This document shows, piece after piece, positions 12,270 to 22,869 of a stretch of 64,000 bases of DNA. Every line of letters begins with the position of its first letter. Positions within the stretch are counted from its first letter, which is position 1. The notes beneath the pieces were generated by a model that saw only the letters and a program-made list of their open reading frames with translations, did not search any database and was not told where the DNA came from. Origin of the DNA: Escherichia coli (GTDB taxonomy: Bacteria > Pseudomonadota > Gammaproteobacteria > Enterobacterales > Enterobacteriaceae); NCBI RefSeq assembly GCF_022846255.1, contig NZ_AP025682.1; one strand, written 5' to 3'. Made by a program: the position numbers and the translations under genes.

Positions 12270-12860
12270 ATGTCTAAAAAATTAGGTTTTGCGCTGTCCG
12301 GTATTATGTTGGCAATGGCTGCTGGTACTGCATTTGCTGCTAACGATATGGACGGCGGTCAATTAAATATTAGCGGTCTGGTCGTTGATAACACTTGTGA
12401 AGCTCGTGTTGATGGCGGTAACAAAGACGGTCTGATCCTGCTGCAAACCGCTACTGTTGCTGAAATTACTGATGGTGTACTGGATACCACTGTAGGCGCT
12501 AAAGCTAAACCATTCAGCATTACTATTGACTGCAGCAAAGCTAACCCGGCTCCGGGTACTACTGCAAAAATGACCTTCGGTTCTGTTTTCTTTGGTAACA
12601 GCAAAGGAACACTGAACAACGACATGTCTATTAACACCCCGTCTGACGGCGTAAATATCGCTCTGCACAATATTGAAGGTTCTACTATTAAACAGGTTCA
12701 GGTCAATAATCCGGGTGATGTTTACAGCAAAACTCTGGATTCAACGTCTAAATCTGCAACCTACGATTTTAAAGCATCCTATGTTCGTGCGGATGCAAGC
12801 AAAGCAGCTACTGCCGGTTATGTAAAAACCAACTCAGCATACACCATTACTTACCAGTAA
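12270..12860 (+). CDS. yadN: Fimbrial major subunit (chaperone-usher pilin)
   Basis: Within ORF 12246..12860; ATG 12270 preceded by AAGGA; signal peptide [23 protein letters not shown]; pilin-like C-terminus ...[10 protein letters not shown]; first gene of operon. Confidence 0.75.
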   Translation: MSKKLGFALSGIMLAMAAGTAFAANDMDGGQLNISGLVVDNTCEARVDGGNKDGLILLQTATVAEITDGVLDTTVGAKAKPFSITIDCSKANPAPGTTAKMTFGSVFFGNSKGTLNNDMSINTPSDGVNIALHNIEGSTIKQVQVNNPGDVYSKTLDSTSKSATYDFKASYVRADASKAATAGYVKTNSAYTITYQ

Positions 12861-12968
12861 ATATCAACCACTTAAATTGATCGGGTGAATATATACAGGG
12901 AATAACATCAAATATTTTTACTTTTGATAATTATTCCCTGTTTTAATTAATTCTGTAAGGAATGGTTT

Positions 12969-13709
12969 ATGTTTTTTAATACTAAACATACCGCAGCATT
13001 GTGCTTAGCGAGCTGTATGGCTTTTAGCTCATCAGCTATTGCAGACATCGTAATTTCAGGTACACGCGTAGTTTATAAAAGCGAACAAAAAAGCGTCAAT
13101 GTACGTCTGGAAAATAAAGGCAATAACCCATTGCTGGTTCAGAGTTGGTTAGATACTGGAGATGATAACGCTGAACCAGGCAGTATTACTGTCCCCTTTA
13201 CCGCTACGCCGCCAGTATCACGTATTGATGCTAAACGTGGCCAAACAATCAAACTGATGTACACCGCCAGCAGTGCTCTGCCAAAAGACAGAGAAAGTGT
13301 GTTCTGGTTTAACGTACTGGAAGTACCTCCAAAACCCGATGCAGCAAAAGCAGCAAACCAAAGCCTGCTACAACTGGCATTTCGCACACGTATAAAACTG
13401 TTCTATCGCCCGGAAGGATTGAGTGGAATTTCATCTGATGCACCATTGGCTCTGAAGTGGTCCTGGGCAACATCTGAAGGCAAAGCAGCATTACGCGTTG
13501 ATAACCCTACGCCCTACTATGTCTCTTTTAGCAGTGGTGATTTAGAAGCCAATGGCAAACGCTATCCCCTGGATATGACAATGATTGCGCCGTTCAGTAA
13601 CGACGTCATCAAGGTAAATGGGATGAGTGGCAGAACAAGCTCTGCAAAAGTGCATTTTTTCGCCATTAATGATTTTGGTGGATCTATTGAAGGCAACGCC
13701 AACCTTTAA
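12969..13709 (+). CDS. yadV: Periplasmic fimbrial chaperone (PapD-like)
   Basis: ORF 12969..13709 (246 aa); signal peptide; PapD-family sequence (NPLLVQSWLD..., RESVFWFNV...). Confidence 0.8.
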   Translation: MFFNTKHTAALCLASCMAFSSSAIADIVISGTRVVYKSEQKSVNVRLENKGNNPLLVQSWLDTGDDNAEPGSITVPFTATPPVSRIDAKRGQTIKLMYTASSALPKDRESVFWFNVLEVPPKPDAAKAANQSLLQLAFRTRIKLFYRPEGLSGISSDAPLALKWSWATSEGKAALRVDNPTPYYVSFSSGDLEANGKRYPLDMTMIAPFSNDVIKVNGMSGRTSSAKVHFFAINDFGGSIEGNANL

Positions 13710-13743
13710 TCTGGCAAGGATATAACACAGCAGGAAGCAGAAC

Positions 13744-16332
13744 GTGACTATTAAATCTACTAATCACCTTACCCACATCGCCACGTTTTGCGCTCTGCTG
13801 TATAGCAATAGTGCTTTATGCGCTGAACTCGTCGAATATGACCATACATTTCTGATGGGAAAGGATGCTTCAAATATCGACCTTAGTCGGTATACAGAAG
13901 GCAACCCGACACTACCTGGCATTTACGATGTCAGTGTGTATGTTAACGATCAACCCATCATGAGCCAAAGCATTGCTTTTACTGTTATTGAAGGTAAAAA
14001 GAACGCTCAGGCCTGCATTACGCAGAAAAATTTATTGCAATTTCATATCAGTTCACCAGACAAGAATAGCGAAAAAGCCATTTTGCTTAAGCGAGACGAC
14101 GATCTTGGTGATTGCCTCAATCTGGCTGAAATGATCCCTCAATCATCCATTCGTTACGATGTTAACGATCAACGCCTGGATATCGACGTCCCCCAGGCAT
14201 GGATTATGAAGAATTATCAAAACTATGTTGATCCCTCTTTGTGGGAAAATGGCATTAATGCAGCCATGCTTTCCTACAACCTCAACGGATATCACAGTGA
14301 AAGTCCAGGCAGAACAAATGACAGTATCTACGCGGCATTCAACGGTGGGATAAACTTAGGTGCCTGGCGGTTACGTGCCTCGGGTAACTACAACTGGATG
14401 ACCAATGTCCATAGCGATTACGATTTTCAGAATCGCTATTTACAACGCGATCTTGCGTCACTACGTTCACAACTGGTTATTGGTGAATCTTACACAACCG
14501 GCGAAACCTTCGATTCAGTCAGTATTCGCGGTATTCGTTTATACAGTGACAGTCGAATGCTGCCTCCGGTATTAGCCAGTTTTGCGCCAATCATTCATGG
14601 CGTAGCGAATACCAATGCCAAAGTAACCGTTATGCAAAATGGTTATAAGATCTATGAAACGACGGTGCCGCCAGGAGCTTTTACCATTGACGATCTTAGC
14701 CCATCAGGTTATGGCAGCGATCTCATTGTGACTATCGAAGAAGCTGATGGCACAAAACGGACGTTCTCCCAGCCATTTTCATCTGTTGTGCAAATGCTGC
14801 GCCCTGGCGTTGGTCGCTGGGATATTAGCGCCGGTCAGGTTTTAAAAGACAGTATCCAGGATGAGCCTAATTTATTTCAAGCCAGCTACTACTATGGTTT
14901 GAATAACTACCTGACAGGATATACCGGTATTCAGCTAACTGATAATAACTATACCGCCGGATTGCTGGGGCTTGGTATGAATACCCCCGTGGGGGCTTTT
15001 TCTGTCGATGTTACTCACTCAAATGTCAGCATTCCGGATGATAAAACCTATCAAGGACAAAGCTACCGTATTTCCTGGAACAAGTTATTTGAAAATACCA
15101 GTACATCATTAAATATCGCGGCCTATCGCTACTCCACCCAGCATTATCTGGGCCTCAATGATGCGCTGACGCTGATTGATGAAGTAGAACATCCTGAGCA
15201 AGATCTTGAGCCTAAATCCATGCGCAATTACTCGCGCATGAAAAATCAGGTCACGGTCAGTATCAACCAACCGCTGAAATTTGAGAAAAAGGATTACGGT
15301 TCATTTTATCTCTCGGGAAGCTGGTCAGATTACTGGGCCTCCGGGCAAAACAGTACTAATTACTCTATTGGTTATAGCAATAGTGCGTCCTGGGGCAGTT
15401 ACAGTATCAGTGCTCAACGTTCGTTGAATGAAGATGGTCAAACCGACGATAGCATTTATCTCAGCTTCACGATTCCAATAGAAAATTTACTGGGTACGGA
15501 ACACCGCAGCTCCGGCTTCCAGAGTATTGATACACAATTAAACAGCGACTTTAAGGGTAATAACCAACTCAATATCAGCAGTAGTGGTTACAGCGATACC
15601 AATCGTATCAGCTACAGCGTAAACACGGGTTATATGATGAATAAATCCAGTGATGACCTGAGTTATATCGGCGGTTATGCCAGTTATGAATCGCCGTGGG
15701 GAACGCTGTCAGGTTCAGCCTCAGCAAGCAGTGATAATAGTCGCCAATTCTCACTCAATACTGATGGTGGATTTGTGTTACATAGCGGCGGGCTGACGTT
15801 CAGTAATGACAGTTTTAGTGATTCCGACGCTCTGGCTGTCATTCAGGCGCCAGGAGCAAAAGGCGCTCGTATTAACTACGGAAACAGCACCGTAGACCGC
15901 TGGGGTTATGGTGTGACCAGCGCCCTTTCGCCATACCATGAAAACCGTATCGCACTGGACATTAACGATCTGGAAAACGATGTTGAATTGAAAAGCACCA
16001 GTACTGTCGCCGTCCCGCGCCAGGGAGCCGTCGTCTTTGCTGATTTTGAAACAGTTCAGGGACAATCGGCAATTATGAATATCGTGCGAAGCGATGGTAA
16101 AAATATTCCATTTGCAGCGGATATTTATGATGAACAAAACAATATCATCGGCAACGTAGGTCAGGGTGGTCAGGCCTTTGTTCGCGGTATCGGGCAGGAA
16201 GGAAATATACGAATTACCTGGATTGAAGAGGGCAAACCAGTCAGTTGTTTTGCTCATTACCAACAAAACACGACATCAGAAAAAATAGCACAATCTATTA
16301 TTCTTAACGGGCTTCGTTGTCAGATACAGTAA
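13744..16332 (+). CDS. htrE: Fimbrial outer-membrane usher
   Basis: ORF 13744..16332 (862 aa, GTG start); usher-family sequence with C-terminal ...LNGLRCQIQ; positioned after the chaperone gene. Confidence 0.85.
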   Translation: MTIKSTNHLTHIATFCALLYSNSALCAELVEYDHTFLMGKDASNIDLSRYTEGNPTLPGIYDVSVYVNDQPIMSQSIAFTVIEGKKNAQACITQKNLLQFHISSPDKNSEKAILLKRDDDLGDCLNLAEMIPQSSIRYDVNDQRLDIDVPQAWIMKNYQNYVDPSLWENGINAAMLSYNLNGYHSESPGRTNDSIYAAFNGGINLGAWRLRASGNYNWMTNVHSDYDFQNRYLQRDLASLRSQLVIGESYTTGETFDSVSIRGIRLYSDSRMLPPVLASFAPIIHGVANTNAKVTVMQNGYKIYETTVPPGAFTIDDLSPSGYGSDLIVTIEEADGTKRTFSQPFSSVVQMLRPGVGRWDISAGQVLKDSIQDEPNLFQASYYYGLNNYLTGYTGIQLTDNNYTAGLLGLGMNTPVGAFSVDVTHSNVSIPDDKTYQGQSYRISWNKLFENTSTSLNIAAYRYSTQHYLGLNDALTLIDEVEHPEQDLEPKSMRNYSRMKNQVTVSINQPLKFEKKDYGSFYLSGSWSDYWASGQNSTNYSIGYSNSASWGSYSISAQRSLNEDGQTDDSIYLSFTIPIENLLGTEHRSSGFQSIDTQLNSDFKGNNQLNISSSGYSDTNRISYSVNTGYMMNKSSDDLSYIGGYASYESPWGTLSGSASASSDNSRQFSLNTDGGFVLHSGGLTFSNDSFSDSDALAVIQAPGAKGARINYGNSTVDRWGYGVTSALSPYHENRIALDINDLENDVELKSTSTVAVPRQGAVVFADFETVQGQSAIMNIVRSDGKNIPFAADIYDEQNNIIGNVGQGGQAFVRGIGQEGNIRITWIEEGKPVSCFAHYQQNTTSEKIAQSIILNGLRCQIQ

Positions 16333-16348
16333 CCACAAGGGACTTCCA

Positions 16349-16915
16349 ATGATAAAAATCACACCACATAAAATAACAATACTCATGGGACTATTGTTAT
16401 CGCCTTCGGTATTTGCAACGGATGTTAATGTCGATTTTACCGCTACCGTGAAAGCAACAACCTGTAATATTACACTTACCGGAACTAATGTCACTGATAA
16501 TGGAAATGATAAGTACACCTTAGTTATTCCCTCGATGGGAATGGATAAAATAGCCAATAAAACAGCACAATCTGAAGCCAACTTTAAATTGGTAGCCAAT
16601 GGATGCAGCAGTGGAATTAGCTGGATTGATACAACCCTGACAGGAAATCAATCAGGAAGTTCACCCGCGCTAATTATCCCCCTGGCCAGTGATACAACCT
16701 CCACCACAAGCTATATCGGAATGGGATTTAAAAGGAAGGCGACTTCAGGCGATACATTTCTGAAACCCAATAGCACAGAATACATACGCTGGAGTGCATC
16801 AGAAATTAGCACCGATGGACTTGAGATGACTGTCGCACTGCGTGAAACAAGTGTAGGGCAAGGTGTTCCAGGCAAGTTTCGCGCACTGGCAACTTTTAAC
16901 TTCAGCTATCAATAA
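16349..16915 (+). CDS. yadM: Fimbrial minor subunit
   Basis: ORF 16349..16915 (188 aa); AAGGGA 6 nt upstream; signal peptide; C-terminal FNFSYQ pilin-like strand. Confidence 0.7.
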   Translation: MIKITPHKITILMGLLLSPSVFATDVNVDFTATVKATTCNITLTGTNVTDNGNDKYTLVIPSMGMDKIANKTAQSEANFKLVANGCSSGISWIDTTLTGNQSGSSPALIIPLASDTTSTTSYIGMGFKRKATSGDTFLKPNSTEYIRWSASEISTDGLEMTVALRETSVGQGVPGKFRALATFNFSYQ

Positions 16916-16929
16916 CAAGGATGACAATG

Positions 16930-17535
16930 ATGATATTAAAAAAATTATGTTATGGATTATCGGGTAGTCTATTTCTGGCTTCATCACTGTTTACCATTCC
17001 TTCGCATGCAGCCACTGACAGTATTGGCCTGACTGTTACTACTGACGTAGAAATGGGTACCTGTACATCAACGTTGACTGATGACGGTACAACTAAAATT
17101 TCCACCATCAATTTCGGTGATGTATATATTTCTGAAATTAATGCCGAAACTAAAATTAAAACCTTCAAATTACAGTTCAAAGACTGTGCGGGGATTCCCG
17201 GGAAAAAGGCCAAAATAAAATTGACTCCACGAGCATTATGTGAAGGTAATTCTAATAATGGTCCTGGATTTGCTAACGCATCAACGGCAACAGCAAAAGC
17301 AGCGGCGGTCGCCGTTGAGGTCTGGAGCACATCTACGCCAGGTAAGAACGGCGCTAAACAATTCAGTTGTGTCACCCCCGCAACAGAAGAAGTCAGTATT
17401 GCTAATGCGACAGGCAGCAATGTTGTCGATTACCCAATGAGTGCGGTGTTGGTGGTCGCAAAAGATAAAACTGTCACAAATGTCACTGCGGGTGATTTCA
17501 CTGCCCCGGCAACATTCACCGTGACTTATAACTAA
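16930..17535 (+). CDS. yadL: Fimbrial minor subunit
   Basis: ORF track 16921..17535; three in-frame ATGs (16921, 16927, 16930) after AAGGA at 16916-16920; 16930 gives 201 aa; signal peptide; C-terminal FTVTYN. Confidence 0.65.
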   Translation: MILKKLCYGLSGSLFLASSLFTIPSHAATDSIGLTVTTDVEMGTCTSTLTDDGTTKISTINFGDVYISEINAETKIKTFKLQFKDCAGIPGKKAKIKLTPRALCEGNSNNGPGFANASTATAKAAAVAVEVWSTSTPGKNGAKQFSCVTPATEEVSIANATGSNVVDYPMSAVLVVAKDKTVTNVTAGDFTAPATFTVTYN

Positions 17536-17561
17536 CAGGCAGACTGATTCAGGAACTAAAT

Positions 17562-18158
17562 ATGCGTCCCACTCAACGTAATCTGATGAAAAAATCAATT
17601 CTGCTTCTGTCGTTGCTATTCAGCGCCACTTCCCCTGTGGTTGCAGGACAGAATGTTGACATTGTTGCAAATATAAAAAATAACACCTGCCAAAGTGGAA
17701 TCAGCAACAACGGAAATATTGATTTAGGTGTCGTTGGCGTGGGCGATTTTACCGGAAACATTTCAGCCGAAAATTATCACCCCGGTGGAAAAGAGTTCAC
17801 TATTACAGTACAGGACTGCACACTTCAGGGCACAGGGAATGTGTTAAATCAGTTACATATTGATTTTCGCGCACTCAGTGGCGTAATGGCGACAGGTTCC
17901 AGTCAAATATTCGCCAATGAAGACAACGCCGGGGCTAAAAATGTTGGGGTAGTTATATTTTCTATTCAGGACCCGGCAAATACCTTCAACGTTCTTGGTG
18001 CCACTGGTAGCTCACGTTCCGTTTATCCGGTCATGTCATCAGCACTAAATAATTCATCCTGGAAATTTAGTACCCGAATGCAAAAAATCGATCCGGCGCT
18101 GAATGTCACCTCTGGCCCACTGATAAGCCATGTGTTAGTGGATATCTACTACGAATAA
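17562..18158 (+). CDS. yadK: Fimbrial minor subunit
   Basis: ORF 17562..18158 (198 aa); AGGAA upstream; signal peptide; C-terminal ...HVLVDIYYE. Confidence 0.7.
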   Translation: MRPTQRNLMKKSILLLSLLFSATSPVVAGQNVDIVANIKNNTCQSGISNNGNIDLGVVGVGDFTGNISAENYHPGGKEFTITVQDCTLQGTGNVLNQLHIDFRALSGVMATGSSQIFANEDNAGAKNVGVVIFSIQDPANTFNVLGATGSSRSVYPVMSSALNNSSWKFSTRMQKIDPALNVTSGPLISHVLVDIYYE

Positions 18159-18208
18159 CAGACAAAGTGTCTGCAAGTATTATCTTGCAGCATGACAATG
18201 GAGTAAAA

Positions 18209-19471
18209 ATGAAGACATTCTTCAGATACTTTCTTTTTTTAGCACTATGCTCTTGTTGTTATACAGCAAGCGCCGGCATCGATGATCACGTCGGCTATAT
18301 TGTTGGGAATGATTACGGTGTTGGGCCTGGAGACCAAAAATGGCGTGAGGCAGGTCCCAATGGAGATGTTACCGTCAAATTCCGGTATGGATCAGGCACC
18401 AATAATTTAGTTTTTTATAAACCAACCCAACTTGGCCCAACCGGGGTGTCATTAAAATGGGAGCAGTTAGATTCCGCTTCGGGTAGAGGTTTCCTTTACT
18501 GTAACAGAAGTAGTAACTCAAGTGGCGAACCAATGTCTATTGAACATAAAATGGTTGATTCCGGTAAAAGTTATGGCGGACATAAACTCTTTGAGACATC
18601 TGTTCCAGGTCTGTATTATACATTGGCAATATCAAACATTTGGTCAGCATATACATCTACCAATATCAACTCATCAGGCATATATATTGGCGATTCTACG
18701 GACCAAACTTTTTACTGGCGTGGCGAAAGTGAGCAAACCCTATATCGGTCTTGCAACAATGCAAATACAAAAAATAAATATTGGGCCGTTGGTGGCGTTA
18801 TGCAAACGCTCACGATTGAATTTTATACCGATACCAACTTTAACCCGACAACGAATCAACGGGTAACATTGTCCAAAACAGATGGTTACCTCTACTCATT
18901 CAAAGCATATGGTGCTGGCGTTGGTATCAAGAGTTATTTTCTTAAAATCGACTTTGACCTGACAGATATCGTATTAACCAACCCCACCTGCTTTACTGCT
19001 GTACTTACCGGAAAATCAGTAAGTGGTTCGACGGTAAAAATGGGAGAATATGCACCAGGACAGATAAAAAATGGCGCGACTCCGGTTCCTTTTGATATTT
19101 CTCTCAAAAACTGTGTTCGCGTTGGCGATATAGAGACAAAGCTATCTTCAGGGAAGTTAGGTACAGAAAACAAGCAACTCCTGGGTAACACACTCACTGG
19201 AAGCGACACAGCAAAAGGCGTTGGGGTATTGATTGAAGGATTAGAAAACAGTAAAAGTGCCTTAATGATACTGAAACCTAATGATCCAAGTTCTGTTTAT
19301 AAAGATAATACGGGTCAGACTCAGGATAACGATTCAGATGCGATTTACCCGGAAGCTGACGGTATAACTTATCCACTTCATTTCCAGGCTACATTAAAAC
19401 AAGACGGTAATATTGCTATAGAACCGGGGGATTTTAAAGCCACCAGCACTTTTCAGGTTACCTACCCCTGA
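18209..19471 (+). CDS. yadC: Fimbrial tip adhesin-like subunit
   Basis: Within ORF 18167..19471; ATG 18209 after GGAG; signal peptide [22 protein letters not shown]; two-domain size (420 aa) with pilin-like C-terminus ...TSTFQVTYP. Confidence 0.7.
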   Translation: MKTFFRYFLFLALCSCCYTASAGIDDHVGYIVGNDYGVGPGDQKWREAGPNGDVTVKFRYGSGTNNLVFYKPTQLGPTGVSLKWEQLDSASGRGFLYCNRSSNSSGEPMSIEHKMVDSGKSYGGHKLFETSVPGLYYTLAISNIWSAYTSTNINSSGIYIGDSTDQTFYWRGESEQTLYRSCNNANTKNKYWAVGGVMQTLTIEFYTDTNFNPTTNQRVTLSKTDGYLYSFKAYGAGVGIKSYFLKIDFDLTDIVLTNPTCFTAVLTGKSVSGSTVKMGEYAPGQIKNGATPVPFDISLKNCVRVGDIETKLSSGKLGTENKQLLGNTLTGSDTAKGVGVLIEGLENSKSALMILKPNDPSSVYKDNTGQTQDNDSDAIYPEADGITYPLHFQATLKQDGNIAIEPGDFKATSTFQVTYP

Positions 19472-19582
19472 TAACACTATTGCACCGCCAGACAATGGCG
19501 GTGCGATACGGATAAATCATTGCCCCCACCAATGTGACTGATAAAATGCGAGACAGCACAACATCATTTATCAGGATACGCT

Positions 19583-20377
19583 ATGAAACCAACCACGATT
19601 GCTTCATTGCAGAAATGCAAGCAGGACAAAAAACGTTTCGCAACCATCACCGCTTACGACTATAGCTTCGCAAAACTGTTTGCCGAAGAAGGACTTAACG
19701 TCATGCTGGTAGGCGACTCACTGGGCATGACGGTTCAGGGGCATGACTCCACGCTACCGGTTACCGTTGCCGATATCGCCTATCACACCGCCGCTGTGCG
19801 TCGCGGCGCGCCAAACTGCCTTCTGCTGGCTGACCTGCCATTTATGGCGTATGCCACGCCGGAACAAGCCTTTGAAAACGCCGCAACGGTAATGCGTGCC
19901 GGAGCCAACATGGTCAAAATTGAAGGAGGTGAGTGGCTGGTGGACACCGTACAAATGCTGACCGAACGTGCCGTTCCAGTTTGTGGTCATTTAGGCCTAA
20001 CCCCACAGTCAGTGAATATTTTCGGTGGCTACAAAGTCCAGGGGCGCGGCGATGAAGCGGGCGATCGACTGCTCAGCGATGCATTAGCCTTAGAAGCTGC
20101 TGGGGCACAACTGCTGGTACTGGAGTGCGTGCCGGTTGAACTGGCAAAACGCATTACCGAAGCACTGGCGATCCCGGTTATCGGTATTGGCGCAGGCAAC
20201 GTCACTGACGGGCAAATTCTCGTGATGCACGACGCGTTCGGCATTACCGGCGGTCATATTCCTAAATTCGCCAAAAACTTCCTCGCCGAAACGGGCGACA
20301 TCCGCGCGGCTGTGCGGCAGTATATGGCTGAAGTGGAGTCCGGCGTTTACCCGGGCGAAGAACACAGTTTCCATTAA
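19583..20377 (+). CDS. panB: 3-methyl-2-oxobutanoate hydroxymethyltransferase
   Basis: ORF 19583..20377 (264 aa) [33 protein letters not shown]. Confidence 0.93.
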   Translation: MKPTTIASLQKCKQDKKRFATITAYDYSFAKLFAEEGLNVMLVGDSLGMTVQGHDSTLPVTVADIAYHTAAVRRGAPNCLLLADLPFMAYATPEQAFENAATVMRAGANMVKIEGGEWLVDTVQMLTERAVPVCGHLGLTPQSVNIFGGYKVQGRGDEAGDRLLSDALALEAAGAQLLVLECVPVELAKRITEALAIPVIGIGAGNVTDGQILVMHDAFGITGGHIPKFAKNFLAETGDIRAAVRQYMAEVESGVYPGEEHSFH

Positions 20378-20388
20378 GGAGTGACGTT

Positions 20389-21240
20389 GTGTTAATTATC
20401 GAAACCCTGCCGCTGCTGCGTCAGCAAATTCGCCGCCTGCGTATGGAAGGTAAGCGCGTGGCGCTGGTGCCCACCATGGGTAACCTGCACGATGGCCATA
20501 TGAAGCTGGTCGACGAAGCCAAAGCCCGCGCCGATGTGGTCGTCGTCAGTATTTTCGTTAACCCGATGCAGTTTGACCGCCCGGAAGATCTGGCACGTTA
20601 TCCACGGACCTTGCAAGAGGACTGCGAAAAGCTGAACAAACGTAAAGTGGATTTAGTTTTCGCGCCTTCGGTAAAAGAGATCTACCCGAACGGTACAGAA
20701 ACCCACACCTATGTTGATGTTCCCGGTCTTTCCACCATGCTGGAAGGTGCCAGCCGTCCGGGACATTTTCGCGGCGTTTCGACTATCGTCAGCAAGCTGT
20801 TCAATCTGGTCCAGCCGGACATCGCCTGCTTCGGTGAAAAAGATTTTCAGCAACTGGCGCTGATCCGCAAAATGGTTGCCGATATGGGCTTCGATATTGA
20901 GATTGTCGGAGTGCCGATTATGCGCGCGAAAGACGGTCTGGCGCTCAGTTCCCGTAACGGCTATCTGACGGCGGAACAACGTAAAATTGCGCCGGGTCTC
21001 TACAAAGTCTTAAGTTCAATTGCCGACAAATTGCAGGCTGGCGAACGGGATCTCGATGAAATTATTGCTATTGCCGGGCAAGAACTGAATGAAAAAGGTT
21101 TCCGCTCCGATGATATTCAGATTCGCGATGCCGACACATTGCTGGAGGTCTCTGAAAACAGCAAACGCGCAGTGATTCTGGTAGCCGCCTGGCTTGGCGA
21201 TGCTCGCCTGATCGACAACAAACTGGTCGAACTGGCGTAA
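20389..21240 (+). CDS. panC: Pantoate--beta-alanine ligase (pantothenate synthetase)
   Basis: ORF 20389..21240 (283 aa, GTG start after AAGGA); (M)[36 protein letters not shown]. Confidence 0.93.
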
Positions 21241-21244
21241 TGCT

Positions 21245-21283
21245 TAACTGGCGCTACGGCTGATGGCGCCAGTTATTCATTGC
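21245..21283. terminator. Bidirectional intrinsic terminator between convergent panC and yadD
   Basis: Perfect 10-bp stem TAACTGGCGC / GCGCCAGTTA (21245-21254 / 21266-21275) with 11-nt loop, followed by TTCATT. Confidence 0.6.
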
Positions 21284-21321
21284 CACGTTATCTGTAAGCA
21301 ATTATTCATATCGTAGACTAC

Positions 21322-22212
21322 TTAGTTAGAGTTAATTAGCTTATCAATCTCTGCAAGAGATAAAGCTGTCACCTCTGCAACGTCTTCCCGAGACATTCCT
21401 TTACTCAGAAGACGCAGGGCGAATTCCTGACTTACTTCCTGTCTTCCCTGCTGAATCCCCTTCTCTTCAAACCACTGCGCCAGCGTCATCATAGACTCCC
21501 CTCCCGTTTCCCTGTCTCTCACCACACCATAAAACAAATCCGCTTGTTCAGTATGACCGCGTTGCAGCATATAGTTTTGCATGGCAACTAACTGACTTCC
21601 GCTAGTGTACCCTTCGTCAATCAGCGTGACCAGTTGCTCCAGCAATAACATTAAGTCGCGCTGGCGAATATGTTTTTGCAGCAGTTCGAGAATCGCAATC
21701 CGCCGATGTTGCATGATTTCGTCATCCGGTGTGATAGTGATATCCACCAGCGGGAAAGGACTGTTATAGACGCGTCGCGCCAGCTCCGGCGAGTAAAACA
21801 TATCAAACCAGCACATTGAGAGCGGATAAGGTGTGGCCTCGCCCTGATAAAACAGAATCGGCACCACCAGCGGCAGCTTATCGTGATCCGCCTCCAGATG
21901 CCGGTGCATGGCGGCAATGGCATAGCGCATCATGCGAAAGGTCATTTTCTTATCCGGCTTGCTTTGATGTTCAATCACCACATGCAAATAACCGGGATTG
22001 CCCTGCATTTGTACGGAATAGAGTACGTCCGTGCTGTGTCCTTTCAGGCTTTCCTCAATAAAACTCCCCGACTCAAGATGCAGCGTGTCGAGGTCACACA
22101 GTTCGCGTAGCTCCGCTGGCAAATGGATATCCAGAAAGTCGCGAGCCGTTTCCGCATGCATTAAAAATTGTTTAAACACCGCATCATGCGGTGTGGTACT
22201 CGGTGCATCCAT
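21322..22212 (-). CDS. rpnC: Recombination-promoting nuclease RpnC (Rpn / transposase_31 / PD-(D/E)XK family)
   Basis: ORF 21322..22212 (296 aa) MDAPSTTPHDAVFKQFLMHAETARDFLDIHLPAELRE...; recognised as YadD/RpnC; sits between panC and panD as in E. coli. Confidence 0.8.
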   Translation of the reverse strand: MDAPSTTPHDAVFKQFLMHAETARDFLDIHLPAELRELCDLDTLHLESGSFIEESLKGHSTDVLYSVQMQGNPGYLHVVIEHQSKPDKKMTFRMMRYAIAAMHRHLEADHDKLPLVVPILFYQGEATPYPLSMCWFDMFYSPELARRVYNSPFPLVDITITPDDEIMQHRRIAILELLQKHIRQRDLMLLLEQLVTLIDEGYTSGSQLVAMQNYMLQRGHTEQADLFYGVVRDRETGGESMMTLAQWFEEKGIQQGRQEVSQEFALRLLSKGMSREDVAEVTALSLAEIDKLINSN

Positions 22213-22485
22213 CTTCCCTGCCTTCCGTGTTGTCTTGCGTGAAGGCAGTATCCAGTCAAGGTGTGCCGTCGTCAGCCGCCTCTTTAGTGTTTACCGAGCA
22301 GCGTTCAGATAAATTTCAATTGGTTACAGGCGTTACATGGCACGCTTCGGCACGGTACGCAAACTGCTGCTGCAAATGCCGTCAGATGAGTAGACACTAA
22401 ACAAAAATCGGGCAATACTGCGTGAGAATTTCCTCAAAGCAGGCATCGCCTGCTTCGTTAACGACAGGGTAGAAAGGTAGAAGTT

Positions 22486-22866
22486 ATGATTCGCACGATG
22501 CTGCAGGGCAAACTCCACCGCGTGAAAGTGACTCATGCGGACCTGCACTATGAAGGTTCTTGCGCCATTGATCAGGATTTTCTTGACGCAGCCGGTATTC
22601 TCGAAAACGAAGCCATTGATATCTGGAATGTCACCAACGGCAAGCGTTTCTCCACCTATGCCATCGCGGCAGAACGCGGTTCGAGAATTATTTCTGTTAA
22701 CGGTGCGGCAGCCCACTGCGCCAGCGTCGGCGATATTGTCATCATCGCCAGCTTCGTTACCATGCCAGATGAAGAAGCTCGCACCTGGCGACCCAACGTC
22801 GCCTATTTTGAAGGCGACAACGAAATGAAACGTACCGCGAAAGCGATTCCGGTACAGGTTGCCTGA
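22486..22866 (+). CDS. panD: Aspartate 1-decarboxylase proenzyme
   Basis: ORF 22486..22866 (126 aa) [33 protein letters not shown]; self-cleavage site G-S present. Confidence 0.93.
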
Positions 22867-22869
22867 TTG

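Noticed and set aside
11908-19471. yad fimbrial region considered as a horizontally acquired island or mobile element
   Set aside because: No integrase, tRNA attachment site, flanking direct repeats or IS elements. Flanking genes (folK, panB) are core, so this is called as a chromosomal chaperone-usher operon only.
19482-19504. Hairpin GCACCGCC...GGCGGTGC after yadC as an operon terminator
   Set aside because: The stem is present but there is no U-tract on the coding strand. Possibly Rho-dependent or a structure-only 3' end; too weak to list as a feature.
21322-22212. yadD/rpnC considered as an insertion sequence transposase
   Set aside because: Single ORF without terminal inverted repeats or target-site duplication; it belongs to a domesticated nuclease family. 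Not annotated as a mobile element.
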